From Octopus vulgaris (taxonomy: Eukaryota), in NCBI GenBank assembly GCA_951406725.2, contig OX597835.1, positions 35,712,001 to 35,776,000 on the forward strand: a stretch of 64,000 nucleotides of DNA. Direction: 5' to 3'. Below are positions 50,972 to 64,000 of the stretch, in pieces (position 1 is the stretch's first letter; the number at the start of each line of letters is the position of its first letter). The translations under genes and the position numbers were made by a program. A model generated the notes under the pieces. The model was not told where the DNA came from. It did no database searches and was given only the letters and a program-made list of their open reading frames with translations.

Positions 50972-51002
<31 letters not shown>

Positions 51003-51259
51003 CGCACATACATACACAGATAGAAGAAAGAAGAGAGAGAGAGAGATTAAATATGCCAGATTATTTCGTTTTCTGGCCATAGCGAACAAAGCGAAAGGTG
51101 CCGTCTGATCCTTAACCATCCACAAGGGTATCATGTGAACGACTATGGCACTACGTATATGCACTGTTGTACGAGTTTCCAGTAAGATGGTAAGTGCGTC
51201 TTCATGCAGAAGTGGCCATACATTGATAATGCACAACACTAACAATAGTGCAATCTGTG

Positions 51260-51600
51260 TCATCATTATCAGCAGCAGCATTAACATCGTCGTCGTCGTC
51301 CTTATCGTCGTTCTCATCGTTGTCACTACAACCAATACCTACTACTCACAACAAAACCAACGCAACCACCATCACCATCATCACTACTATCATGATCATT
51401 ATCATTAGTATCACAACCACCATTGATGTCACAACCTTCACCACCAACTCCACTACCACGACGACGACGACCACTACCATCACCACCACCACAACCACAC
51501 CACCACATCCATCATCATCATCATCACGATAATCCCAATCCCTATTTTCATCACAATCCTTATCTTTACCCAAGGCCGTCATGAACATCATCACCATCAC

Positions 51601-51638
<38 letters not shown>

Positions 51639-51811
51639 CCATCACCATCATCATCACCATCACCATCATCATCATCATCACCATCATCATCACCACCACC
51701 ACCATCATCACCATTACCATCATCATCATCATCATCACCATCACCCCCAACATCATCATCATCATCATCACCACCATCATCATCATCATCATCATCACCA
51801 CCAACACCACC

Positions 51812-51843
<32 letters not shown>

Positions 51844-52075
51844 ACTGAACATCATCACTACCGCTACAACTGCCGTCGCCACCACCGCCACCACCAGCAC
51901 CACCACCACCAGCAACAATACCATCATGCCTCCACTATCACTATCAACGTGTGTGTATATGTATGTACGCATGTGTGTGCATCTATGTATGTGTGTATGT
52001 ATGTATGCAAGTGTGTGTATGTATGTATGCATGTATGTATGTATGTACGTACGTGTGTATGTATGTATGTATACG
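51260..52075. repeat. (CAT/CAC)n and (TATG)n low-complexity tracts
   Basis: Direct reading. Confidence 0.9.
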
Positions 52076-52422
52076 ACAGCAGTACCGTACCTACAAAGCA
52101 ACGTATTCTGCAGAACAAGAATGAGCTGCTTGGTGAATTCCATTAGCAATCAGAACTGCTTAAAATATGAGGCAGCATTTTAATTAGATCCTGGCAGACT
52201 AAATATAACTTCAATAGCGAAGTCGATGGAGCAAATTACAGTGGGAGGGGGAGGAGGAAGATGAGGAGGGGCTATGTGGGTGTCTACTATGTGTCTGTGT
52301 CTGTGCACTGCGTGTGTGTGTATGTGTGGGTGCGGGTGAGGGTAAATTGAATTCGTGTGTGTGAGTTGGTTTAGGTTTAAATATATGTATATACATGTGC
52401 TTTGAAATATAACGATGCACTC

Positions 52423-52465
<43 letters not shown>

Positions 52466-52519
52466 CATTTATATATACATATGTGTCTAATATATGTGTC
52501 TGAAATATATATGTATATG

Positions 52520-52900
52520 TTCTTTTACTTCTTTCAGTCATGCCGGAGCACCGCATTTAATCGAACAAATCGAGTCCAGGACTTATTCTTTGCAAGCATA
52601 TTACTTATTTTATCGGTTTTTTTTTTTGCAGAACTTCTAGGTTGCAGGGACGTAAACACATCAACATAGGTTGTCAAGTGATGGTGGGGTGATAAATACA
52701 GGTACTCTCACAAATACCCACACACACACATGTGTATACGGTGGGCTTCTTTCAGTTTCCGTTTACCAAATCTACTCAGAAGGGTTTGGTCAGCCTGAGG
52801 CTATAGTAGAAGACACTGGCCCAGGTGCCATGTAGTGGGACTGAAACCGGAAACATGTGGTCGGGATCTAAGCTTCTTACCACACAGACACGCTGCGCCT
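52520..52900 (-). mobile_element. SINE family B
   Basis: rc collinear with 13713-14119. Confidence 0.8.
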
Positions 52901-52929
52901 ATACACATATATTTGTGTGTATATGTATG

Positions 52930-52974
<45 letters not shown>

Positions 52975-53019
52975 ATAAATATGTTCATACGCACATGCAC
53001 AAATACATACATACATATA

Positions 53020-53058
<39 letters not shown>

Positions 53059-53749
53059 GTTTAAATATTTGTTGTGCAAGATTTTTTATGTGAAGTCGTG
53101 TGTTGAAACAGATATTGTTATATTTCGGAATGGTCATATTGCCAGTTTAGCCAATAAAAACACACGCACTATATATTTGGTGTTATTTTGCTTCAGTGAT
53201 ATTTATTTTTCACATTAATCTTAATCTTATTTCGGCCAAAGTTCTTTCGTCACACTCCTGTGACCGCATCAGTGGTCCTTTGTTTTCTTCTCACTTACTT
53301 GTGTCTGTCCTTACTAACCGTCAGCCATTTTGTATTTCTATTGTATGTCTTCATTTGCGCATGCTTATATCTCTATGTGCGTCTATGTTTATTTAGTGTG
53401 TGTGTGGGGGGGATGCCTGTAATATTTGTATCTTCTGGTTATATACATTCTTGTAATTTCTATTTTGTTTTTGTTGTTGCTTTTGTTCTAATTTTGTTCA
53501 TGTGTTTACATCCACCTATTATTATCATTACATATGCTTGTATGTATGTATAACAACAATATTAGTAATAATAATAATAAATCTAATCGAAAAAAAAAAA
53601 AAAAAAAAATATACATATACATATATATATATACATACATATACATATACATATATATACATATATACACACATATATACACATATAGATATTCATTTCT
53701 ATTTCTTTAATTACCTGTGTATTTATTATGTTTGCAGGATCCACTATTG

Positions 53750-55207
53750 TCATATGTTGTGGTGTGCGCTATTGCTCCATTCTAGTTTTCTATTCAGGCT
53801 AGGTTTATTTTCTATTATATGTGTAGCTTCTGTAATTTGTCTAATTGTTGCATCTGTTCTATGTGTGGACAATATCTTAATCTCTATGTTATTGATTGAT
53901 CCCCCGTGTTCTTGTTCGGCGTGTTGGTACAGAATCGATGAGCTTTTACCTTCCTTGAGTTGTCTCCAATGTCCATTCACCCGCTCACCAATGCTTCTTG
54001 CAGTTTCCCCTACGTATGTTACTGTCTTGTTACTGCATCGTCCCTCTATACATCTTATACTATAGACCACATTTCTGGCTTTACAGTTCGTTTGTGGGCT
54101 AAATCTACATACAGTGCAATAGTTATCCGTACAGAGAGTTCTACTAAAAGGATAGCTTCTACCAATTATAGATCTGATAGGATTGCCTGGCTTTTCAACA
54201 ACCTTAATTCTTAGTTTAAGTTTATCTAGGGTCCTTCTAAAGCGGTACGCTAGTTCACCTCCAGGGGTGGTGTCAACGAACATGACACTCTGGTATTTAT
54301 GGCTATCATACCAAGAGTTGGCCTTCCCTATTTTCTTTTTTGTCCTTTCTATAGTGTTCCATGACTTGTTCCTATAGAGTGGGCAAATCCCATTCCTATC
54401 ATTACATAATATATTATCAAATTTCTTCATGGCTCCTTTGTATCCTTTCTTTATGGCTGTAACCTGAGAACTGCATGCGGTGAATGAAATACTGTATGTG
54501 TCTCTTTAATTCTGTAGGCTCGCACATGCGTGACACATTTCTCATTATTCTGACGAGGTCTGCCATCAAAATATTGAATTTGGCATTGCCCGCAATGGCT
54601 GAGTTCCGGTGGATCAGGTATTTTGAGGCCATAGGTTTTGCATAGTATGAATGAAGGATTTGGGTTTTATTTTTCACAATTTCTAGCCAGAGTTCAGTGT
54701 CTAGTACTGGTAGTCTATGGTTGGGGTGTTTAGTGGGGTAGTCTATTGTGACCTTAATACTCTGGTGGATGGAGTTAGCTATTTGCTGGATGCTCTCCAT
54801 AGTATTAGTTTCTATTACTATATCAACAGTACTCTCTTGTGGGGGTGCCTTTACTACTATATTGATATCATCAACATAGCGAGAGTACATGTTTACGAGT
54901 ATGGATTTCTGCAGTAGGCATTCTTTAAGCCTTCTGTCCCACCATACCATGAAGAGGTTGGCCACATCACCAGCGATACTAACACCGATGGCTGCCCCCT
55001 CGTCCTGGGCATATATTTTATTATTAAATTTAAATGTGTGGCCTTTTAGGGTAACTCTTATACTAGCTCCTAGTGCATGTGCGATCATTTTCTTTACCTG
55101 ATGGACATTTGCGGGGCTCCGTATGGCTCTGGTCCATCCGCGCCATCTTTCTATATGTGTCTTCCTAGCCATAGAAGTAATTGTAGGCGGTCTACCTCTT
55201 AAACATC
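53750..55207 (-). pseudogene. PLE reverse transcriptase-GIY-YIG endonuclease ORF (5' truncated, one frameshift near 54440)
   Basis: YAQDEGAAIG, YSRYVDDI, LPVLD, YAKPMAS; Cys linker CTDNYCTVC..C; NVVYSIRC..YVGETARSIGERVNGH..EATHI..PSLN. Confidence 0.93.
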
Positions 55208-55745
55208 TAGAAAATAAACCTAGCCTGAATAGAAAACTAGAATGGAGCAATAGCGCACACCACAACATATGACAATAGTGGATCCTGCAAACATAATAAA
55301 TACACAGGTAATTAAAGAAATAGAAATGAATATCTATATTTGTGTATATGTGTTTATATATTTATATATATGTATATGTATATGTATGTATATATATATA
55401 TGTATATGTATATTTTTTTTTTTTTTTTTTTCGATTAGATTTATTATTATTATTACTAATATTGTTGTTATACATACATACAAGCATATGTAATGATAAT
55501 AATAGGTGGATGTAAACACATGAACAAAATTAGAACAAAAGCAACAACAACAAAAACAAAATAGAAATTACAAGAATGTATATAACCAGAAGATACAAAT
55601 ATTACAGGCATCCCCCCCACACACACACTAAATAAACATAGACGCACATAGAGATATAAGCATGCGCAAATGAAGACATACAATAGAAATACAAAATGGC
55701 TGACGGTTAGTAAGGACAGACACAAGTAAGTGAGAAGAAAACAAA

Positions 55746-55790
55746 GGACCACTGATGCGGTCACAGGAGTGTGACGAAAGAACTTTGGCC
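55746..55790 (+). ncRNA. Variant hammerhead-like motif in the PLE 3' repeat (mirror at 53234-53278 -)
   Basis: CCA-CTGATGC-g-GTCAC-aggagt-GTGAC-GAAAG-aa-CTT-TGG; A9 replaced by C. Confidence 0.6.
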
Positions 55791-55904
55791 GAAATAAGAT
55801 TAAGATTAATGTAAAAAATAAATATCACTGAAGCAAAATAACACCAAATATATAGTGCGTGTGTTTTTATTGGCTAAACTGGCAATATGACCATTCCGAA
55901 ATAT

Positions 55905-56033
<129 letters not shown>

Positions 56034-56354
56034 TCAGATGCATAGATATAAATAATATATATATATGCATATATACATACATATATCTACATACCTACAT
56101 ATATATGTATATATACATGCACATGTAGGCACAGGACATAAAAAAAAACGTAGGCAAAATGAGAAACGAGAACATTGAAAACAAAAACAGAAAACGAACA
56201 TTTTGCGAAGAACGAAAAAAACAAACAGAGAAACCAGACATGCAACATAAAGAATATTCCCTTCATCAGTTGTCCCTTGTTTTATTTAGTTCGCGTTTTC
56301 TACGGTAAGGACAAGACGCGACTTCGTTAAGACAGTCCTTCCCGCAAAACAAAT

Positions 56355-57115
56355 TAGATGTTCTATGGTGCCAAGTGTTCACTACCAGTGAACTAAGGTA
56401 ACACCCCTTATTTTTTGAGCACCATCCGGAATATTCCATGCAGTGCTATTTTCTCGAAGTGCTCCACCCTTATTGCAGCCCATATTTGTTCCATGTACTT
56501 CTCAATATTTTTACTCACTGTTCTCAGGGCTCTGAAAATTATTGGTACTTTTACAACCTTTTTCATAGACCATAACTCTAACCTCCCACGCTAACCTGTC
56601 ATGTCTATCAACTTTTCTTTCTTCCTTATCGCATACTTTGTTGTCAGCTGGGCATGCTATATTTATGATCCAGCATCGTTTGCGTTCTTTCATCAATAAA
56701 CTCTGTTTAGCTTTCTATTCTCTATCTCATGATCGCACTGAATCATAAAATCCCACAGGATCTTGCAATATCATTTTCGATGATGCCTTCGTGTTTATGA
56801 TCGTACCACTTTTTTGCTCTGTTAAGTCATTACTTGTTGCAAAGTGTCCAATGGAAATCTTTGCCATATTGCCATGACGTCTCTTTTATTCTTTCTGAGC
56901 TAATGACGTACATTGACTGGTAATATGTCATACGGTTTCACCATTTTTTCCGCAAATTCTGCAATTACGACTTTCGGATGTGTTGCCTATTCTGCGCTTG
57001 ATGTAATTCGTTCTTAGTGCTTGCTCTCCGGCAGCACAAATTAGAGCCTCCGTTTCCGGTTTTAAATCACTTTTAGTCATCCAAAGCCATCTTTTTTCCT
57101 GTCTGTTATCATGAC
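56355..57115 (-). mobile_element. R4/Dong-like non-LTR retrotransposon 3' remnant
   Basis: WLWMTKSDLKPETEALICAAGEQALRTN, CRICGKNGETV.HI (CCHC knuckle), ILWDFMIQCDHEIENRK, IINIACPADNKV..KEERK. Confidence 0.9.
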
Positions 57116-57465
57116 AACGCCTGTTAAATATATAAAAGATGGTTTTAGAAAAATTCATTTTATAATGAGCACAAATTCAAACGACAGAAAGTGCAATTAT
57201 AAATTAATCAAACTAAAGCACACACACACACACACATACAATCACACATAATCACATATATACATATACATATATATATATATATACACACAAACATTTA
57301 TGCATGTGTATATAAGAATCCACTAGAGTTAATGCAAGCGCTAACATGTATATTATATAAACATGTGACATATAAATAAAACTCTGTAAATATAAAACCA
57401 TCCAGATTTCTGAGTGTACCTTATTTCTTCTAATATATAATACCTGTACATCATCTCCAAACCTT

Positions 57466-57500
<35 letters not shown>

Positions 57501-57650
57501 TTATTCTGCAAATTATATATGTTTTTATTATTTTTTTTTCAATTTACTTAATCATTGACGTTTTATTGTTATTTTAATTTTAATATTTCTATTATATGTA
57601 AGTTTCTAGATGATGTAATTTAATTGTTCATTTTGAATTGATAAATGGTG

Positions 57651-57723
<73 letters not shown>

Positions 57724-57899
57724 GTATGTGTGTGTGAATGTATGTGTATATACATACATATGTATTATTTTTCCTGTATGTGCATGTGTGCATGTTTGTG
57801 TGTGTGTGTGTGTGTGTGTGTGCAATGTTAGTCATACTTTTATATTTCTAAGGCGGTGATTGGAGTCCGTTGTTGTGCTTTTCCTATCTAGTGCTCCTG

Positions 57900-57904
57900 T
57901 TTTC

Positions 57905-57951
<47 letters not shown>

Positions 57952-57978
57952 TGTAGTAGTAGTAGTAGTTGTAGTAGT

Positions 57979-58062
<84 letters not shown>

Positions 58063-58065
58063 TGC
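57900..58065. repeat. (GTA)n/(GCA)n repeat
   Basis: Direct reading. Confidence 0.95.
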
Positions 58066-58330
58066 GGTCGTGGTGGTAGTGGTGGTGCTGATGACGGCGG
58101 TGACAGTGGTGATGGTTCTGATTATTATTGCTGTTGAGGCGGCAGTGCTGGTGCAGGTGGTACTTTTAGTAGCGGTGGTGGTTGTGGTGGTTAGTGGAGT
58201 ATCAGGTTAGGTCACGCTGGTTGTGTGCAACGAATGCGTGAAAATGACTGTAGCAAGTTCAAATGTCACATCCCTCATTTCATGCTTTATCGGACACACA
58301 TCTGTCTCAACACACGCGCTCCCACACACG

Positions 58331-58369
<39 letters not shown>

Positions 58370-58746
58370 ACAGACTAACATACACACAGCAAGACGCATA
58401 TGTACGCATACATACACATATGCACCAGTATTGCTTACACATGAACACGCGCGCACATAAACATACGGACGTAAAAAAGCGCGCACGTGCATCGCTTCTC
58501 ATAGCCATACGTTTATACACACGTGCAGCTATACTCATGTGTGCACATTAGCACACACGCACCGATCCTCACATATACACACATAGGGTTACATGTTTAT
58601 GTGCGTGGATGTGTACGTGTGTGTGTGTGTGTGTGAGTGTCAAGAGTGGATGAATGTGTGTGTATGTGCCTTGTATGTGTTGTTTACGAAAGCAACATAC
58701 ACATACGCATACACTTATATATTAACATTCAAAAGCAAACACACCC

Positions 58747-58801
<55 letters not shown>

Positions 58802-58875
58802 AATAAACATGTATATATACAATATACATACGCTTATATTTACATATAGGTGCGTCAGTATACGTATATATATGT

Positions 58876-58929
<54 letters not shown>

Positions 58930-58930
<1 letters not shown>

Positions 58931-59313
58931 GCGTAGGAGTGGCTGTGTGGTAAGTAGCTTGCTTATGATCCACATGGTTCCGGGTTCAGTCCCACTGCGT
59001 GGCACCTTGGGCAAGTGTTTTCTACTATAGCCTCGGGCCGACCAAAGCCTTGTGAGTGGATTTGGTAGACGGAAAATGAAAGAAGCCCATCGCATATATG
59101 TATATATATATATATGTATGTATGCGTGTGTATATACTTGTGTGTCTGTGTTTGCCCCCCCCCCAAACATCGCTTGACCACCGATGCTGGTGTGTTTACG
59201 TCCCCGTCACCTAGCGGTTCGGCAAAAGAGACTGGGGTCGATTTGCTCGACTAATAGCGGTGCTTCAGCATGGCCACAGTCAAATAACTGAAACAAGTAA
59301 ATGAGTAAAAGAG
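58930..59313 (+). mobile_element. SINE family B
   Basis: Close to 13713-14119 with an internal deletion. Confidence 0.85.
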
Positions 59314-59334
59314 TACACACACACACACACACAC

Positions 59335-59400
<66 letters not shown>

Positions 59401-59402
59401 GT

Positions 59403-59454
<52 letters not shown>

Positions 59455-59554
59455 ATATATATATATGTATGTATGCACATGCACACATATATGTATGCAT
59501 GTATGTATATTTGTATGTATGTGTGTATATATATAGTTATTAGATAAATTCTTT

Positions 59555-60490
59555 TGTTTCATTCCATTTATTTTAATCCTTAGTTTTCATCAACAATTCC
59601 AACAATCCAATCAATAATATCTTTTCCCGTTCATTGTTCACGACTTCTTGCCAACCTTCCACTAGTTTGTCAATAGTTTGACGGAAAAACAAAAAATATC
59701 TGAGTAATGACTCGGAGTATTCCACATGCCACTTTTTCAGCCTCGAGTCATGGTTGATAAAAACGCCTGACAGACTGTTGGACAGCGACCGAAAGAAGCG
59801 ATATTCAGAAGGCGTTATATCAAGAGTACACAGCAGGTGAAGTAGAACTTCGCAATCTAGCTCTTGAAAAGCATTTGCGATCAAATTAGCGGCTTGCGGA
59901 AGAGCGTTGCTGTGTTCAAGAATCATACCATGTTGCTCGATGGGTTGCCGTCGAGTGATGGTGACGAGCAATGGTATCACGAGAGCGCCCCATCTGCTGG
60001 GCCAATTCCTTTGTAGATTTGCTCAGCAAATGTGGCGCTCGTTCTTAGTGGATTAGTGAGGTCTTTCTGGATAAATTGACTTAACTGATTCTCATTGAAC
60101 TGAAGAGCTCTTCCGAAACGTGGAGAATCTGTGGGGTCGTATTTTCCTTGAAGCTTGAAGACCAATTTCTGCCAGTTTTTTTTTCAGAAATAGTGCCATT
60201 ACTGTAGACCACGCAAATGTCTCGAGTGTCTTTGATATCTTTGAAATACTGACCGAAAGCGATGAGGATCAGGTGTCAAAAATGATCCCTTTTTTTCTAT
60301 TTGGCACTCTATCGTCATATGTCGGAAAAAGAGATAAAATTTATTCAAATTAAAAACAAACACCAAACAAAAGCTGAAAAGGAAGAACAGCTACAAAACA
60401 GAAAATAAACCCAAAACAGTTCAATGAAAAGGTTTTCATGTTAATTCAAATATCATCGGGTAAAAACACAAACGAATTCACCTGACATAT
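59555..60490 (-). mobile_element. Degenerate mariner
   Basis: DSPRFGR, LEHSNALP, TLDITPSEYRFFRSL and FRQTIDKLVEGWQEVV in broken frames. Confidence 0.8.
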
Positions 60491-60634
60491 TTGAACTGGT
60501 AACAAGCTTGTATTATCACACAAAAGTAGATAAGACATGCCCAAAGTGCCGAGCAGTGGGAGCGAACACAAGACCACATGGTTGTAAAGCGGGCTTCTTA
60601 ATCAGATATCCATGCTTGCACCCCGCTTCTTAAA

Positions 60635-60688
<54 letters not shown>

Positions 60689-60721
60689 ATATGTACATAC
60701 ATATATATAGTCAATGCAAAC

Positions 60722-60915
60722 GTGAACAAGCAAGAAATAACAACAACGCGAGGACGTGGAATAAGTAGTGTGTTATTGGACGCTCAGGAAAGGAAAGAAA
60801 AGAAAGAGGACTTCACGTTTCGAGCGGAGCTCTTCGTCAGAAATATAGAAAAAGTCCAAAGAAGGGAAGACGGAGAAAGAAAAAAATCGCCAACGATGCA
60901 CACGCGGTCACATAT
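60722..60915 (-). mobile_element. Short HHR element (family of 48140-48600); hammerhead at 60811-60845
   Basis: rc: TTT-CTGACGA-a-GAGC-tcc-GCTC-GAAAC-GTG; flanking sequence similar to the 48.1-48.6 kb copy. Confidence 0.7.
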
Positions 60916-61437
60916 TAGGGCGCGCGTGTGTGTAAAGCTGCTTTGAGGAGAACGAACATAACAAATTTAAGTATTTTTCCGTAGATTGCAAAGAAATTAT
61001 AAACCGCTTGGATCTGTTTTGGGATCTTATTGGACTATCAGGTGTCTATGTCATCTTTGACCAATCTCAGGGAAAGCAAGCATCCAACTTCTTTAATATA
61101 CTCAACAAATCCAGTAGCTAAAGAGAACTGGAGTTCCAGTGAACATGCCATAACTGTTTAACGCTTTGTTTAATATCAGGGCCCTATCAATTTATGATAT
61201 TATATATGCAGCGTATATGGTATATAAAAGAGAAATAAAAAAGGGAACAAGAACGCAAAACAGCCAGACAGCTGGATGATACAAAACGGGACAACAAAAC
61301 ATCCAGACAGATGATACAAAAAAAAAGGGACAAGAAAAAACACGGACGGATCATTCGAAATTTTCTTTCGTCAGTCAAGTTCCAGATTATCTTTGCAATT
61401 TCGGTTGGTTATACTCGAGATTGCTCGAGTATACCAT

Positions 61438-61631
61438 TTCTGTGTTTGTTCCCCACCATCGCTTGACAACCGATGGTGGTGTGTTTATGCCCCCGTAACT
61501 TAGCGGTTCAGCAAAAGATACTGACAGAAAAAATACTAGGCTTACAAAGAATAAGTCCTAGGATCCATTTATTCGACTAAAGGCGGTGCTCCAGTATGGC
61601 CGCAATCAAATGACTGAAACAAGTAAAAGAA
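61438..61631 (+). mobile_element. SINE family B, 3' half
   Basis: Matches 13930-14110. Confidence 0.8.
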
Positions 61632-61632
61632 T

Positions 61633-61678
<46 letters not shown>

Positions 61679-61682
<4 letters not shown>

Positions 61683-62195
61683 GTCATCCCATAAATAATG
61701 CGTATTTTTTCAATTGCATGAACTAATAGTCGGTGGGGGACGGGATAAAATATCTGCATCAACCTGCTTTCAAAGCAGGTAGTAATTTTGCCTCTTCCTT
61801 ATTCTTAGTGTAAGTTTTGAAGAATGCATTTCGATTTTAACAGTTATTTTTTCAAAGCTATAATCGAAGTGGCAAAGGAGAATATTCAGCATATTTTGCT
61901 TTAGGAGTTCAATAAAGGCAACAGCACAAAGGGAAGTGCGAGGCGTATTATTGCAGTATATGGCGATCAGACAATAAGAGGTTCCAGACATTCCGAGCCA
62001 GAAACTACAGCCTAGAAGACGAGCCTCGTCCTGGAAGATCTGTTGAGCTCGACGAGGTCGTCCTGCAAACCGGGTGGAACAAAATCTCATCGTACCTAGC
62101 AGAGAAGCTTGGATTTGGTCATTCAACCATTCACCGAAACCGGCGTGACATCGCAAAAGTCAGAAGATCGGTCAATGGATTCTTCACGAACCAAG
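61679..62195 (+). mobile_element. mariner 5' part (left TIR + HTH region), degenerate
   Basis: TA-TTAGGTCATCCCATAAATAATGCG; ENIQHILL*EFNKGNS, AVYGDQTI, LEDEPRPGR, LAEKLGFGHSTIHR, GQWILHE. Confidence 0.8.
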
Positions 62196-62576
62196 TTCTC
62201 TACATCTCGAATTGAGCACTCCACTCATATCTGTTCGACGTAAAGCAAAATACCTCGGTTTTCTTCCCTCCTCTGTCTCTGTATGTGTGGATGTAAGAAC
62301 GTATGTATTGATGTATGTGCATGTGTGCATATATGCGTGTATGTGTGCTTATTTCTGTATAATATGTGGATGCATACGTGAGTGTGCACTTGTATACACA
62401 CCCACACGTACATACACACAGAAGAAATGAGGTACTCAGAAATCTGGATGGTTTTATATTTACAGATATTTATTAGTATATTACATGTTTTTATACATCA
62501 TATATCATATATTAGTGCTTTCATCCCTTCTAGTGGAGTCATCAAATATATATGTATGTATTCACACACACACACG

Positions 62577-62615
<39 letters not shown>

Positions 62616-62619
62616 TCAT

Positions 62620-62685
<66 letters not shown>

Positions 62686-62750
62686 TTACGTACACATATA
62701 GCTATACACAGACAAACTGAGAGATAGATAAATGATAGATAGATAGAGAG

Positions 62751-62804
<54 letters not shown>

Positions 62805-63077
62805 AAATACAGAGGTAGCTAGGTAGTTAGATTAGACCATTGGATGTGAAATTGGATGGAGACGTTCAAAACCCAGTCAGGTTTAACACTGCTGTCAGCC
62901 ATGTATGTAACTGGCAGATACGTAAGGGCAATCATGTGACAAATTAGCTATAGAAACCAAGATCATTGGTGTATATTGTAGCTTCTAGATCACATACTCA
63001 CATACACGGTCACGAATATATATGCATACACATGTGTACACATATACATGCATGTATATATATAAGTATGTATACAC

Positions 63078-63108
<31 letters not shown>

Positions 63109-63163
63109 TGTATTACATATGTATATACATATGTATGTATACATATATATATATGTATTACAT

Positions 63164-63215
<52 letters not shown>

Positions 63216-63292
63216 GCGCGTGTGTGTATAGGCATATTTATATGTGGGTATGACTTCAATGTCTGAAGAATGTGTTCGTAGATCGATTAATA

Positions 63293-63343
<51 letters not shown>

Positions 63344-63429
63344 TATGTATGTATATATATGTGTGTATATATATGTATATATATATATCTATATATATAT
63401 ACATACATACATATATCTATAAATGTATA

Positions 63430-63491
<62 letters not shown>

Positions 63492-63584
63492 CGTAATGTT
63501 ATATACACATATATACATACAAGTTCAATAGGATAGATTTGCATGTGTGTTGTGTATAGATTTATACTTTCAAAGACGTATGTA

Positions 63585-63935
63585 GCTTGGTTCTGTGGTA
63601 AAAAGTTTGTTTCCCAAACACGTGGTTCCGCGTTCAGTCCCCCGACGTGACACCTTGGGCAAGTATCTTTTACTACAGATTTGGCCGATCAGAGGATTTG
63701 GTAGGCGGACACTGAAAGGAGCCCGTCGATTATCATTCTCTGTGTATTCTGTACCTGTGTTTATCCACCAACACTGCTCGACCACAGGTGTTTGAGTGTT
63801 TATCAGTCTGCAAAACAGACTGATAAAATAAGTACAACGCTTATGAAAGAGAAATACAGGGTTCGAAGAATTCAAGAGGCTGCTTCAGCGTTGCCGCAGT
63901 CAAATGAATGTAAGAAGTAAAAAATTAAAAGATAA
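63585..63935 (+). mobile_element. SINE family B, diverged
   Basis: GTTCAGTCCC B-box, CCTTGGGCAAGT, 3' GCCGCAGTCAAATGA. Confidence 0.7.
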
Positions 63936-64000
63936 AGTGTATGTACGATTACTTGTAGGGACACCGTATTCACTTATGCACACATGATATATAAAGAGTT

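Larger units (their letters stand above)
48797..50976. mobile_element. Retrozyme-like tandem array: about 3.75 x 493-bp units (HHR sense = minus) plus a 326-bp inverted partial copy, in (TA)n
   Basis: AGGGTGGC anchors at 48811, 49304, 49797 and 50291. Inversion junction at 50650/50651. Units differ at only a few positions. Confidence 0.92.

Noticed and set aside
55208-55268. N-terminus MLWCALLLHSSFLFRLGLF of the RT ORF
   Set aside because: It is the antisense read of the inverted 3' copy, not part of the RT.
56245-56330. Minus-strand CTGATGA with flanking stems
   Set aside because: No correctly placed GAAA, so a hammerhead cannot be completed.
61340-61436. Minus-strand CTGACGA motif and a short terminal inversion
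   Set aside because: Core second half reads GAAT and stems are poor; possibly a decayed PLE-type element but unsupported.

Overview
AT-rich, microsatellite-saturated eukaryotic non-coding DNA. The repeat spectrum (tRNA-headed SINEs, R4/Dong-like, CR1, RTE, Penelope-like, Tc1/mariner, Helitron, piggyBac-like MITE, very dense (TA)n/(AAT)n/(TACA)n) suggests an octopus/cephalopod intergenic or intronic region; this is inference. No host protein-coding gene can be supported, and nearly all track ORFs are translated microsatellites. The standout signal is a hammerhead-ribozyme (HHR) retroelement system. A near-identical 493-bp tandem array (48797-50976) carries a complete type-I HHR with an unusually long stem II in every unit and ends in an inverted copy. 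It lies 2 kb from a Neptune-type Penelope-like element (RT + GIY-YIG) built the same way: two oppositely oriented copies joined at their 5' ends, with 3' ends facing outward into (TA)n. Several further HHR-bearing or related non-autonomous families occur in the window, including a tRNA-headed one, and several share this architecture. A second ecosystem of (AAT)n-associated R4/Dong-like fragments and non-autonomous partners occupies 6-10.5, 26-28 and 43-44 kb. All structures were read and paired by eye, and boundaries of old elements are approximate.
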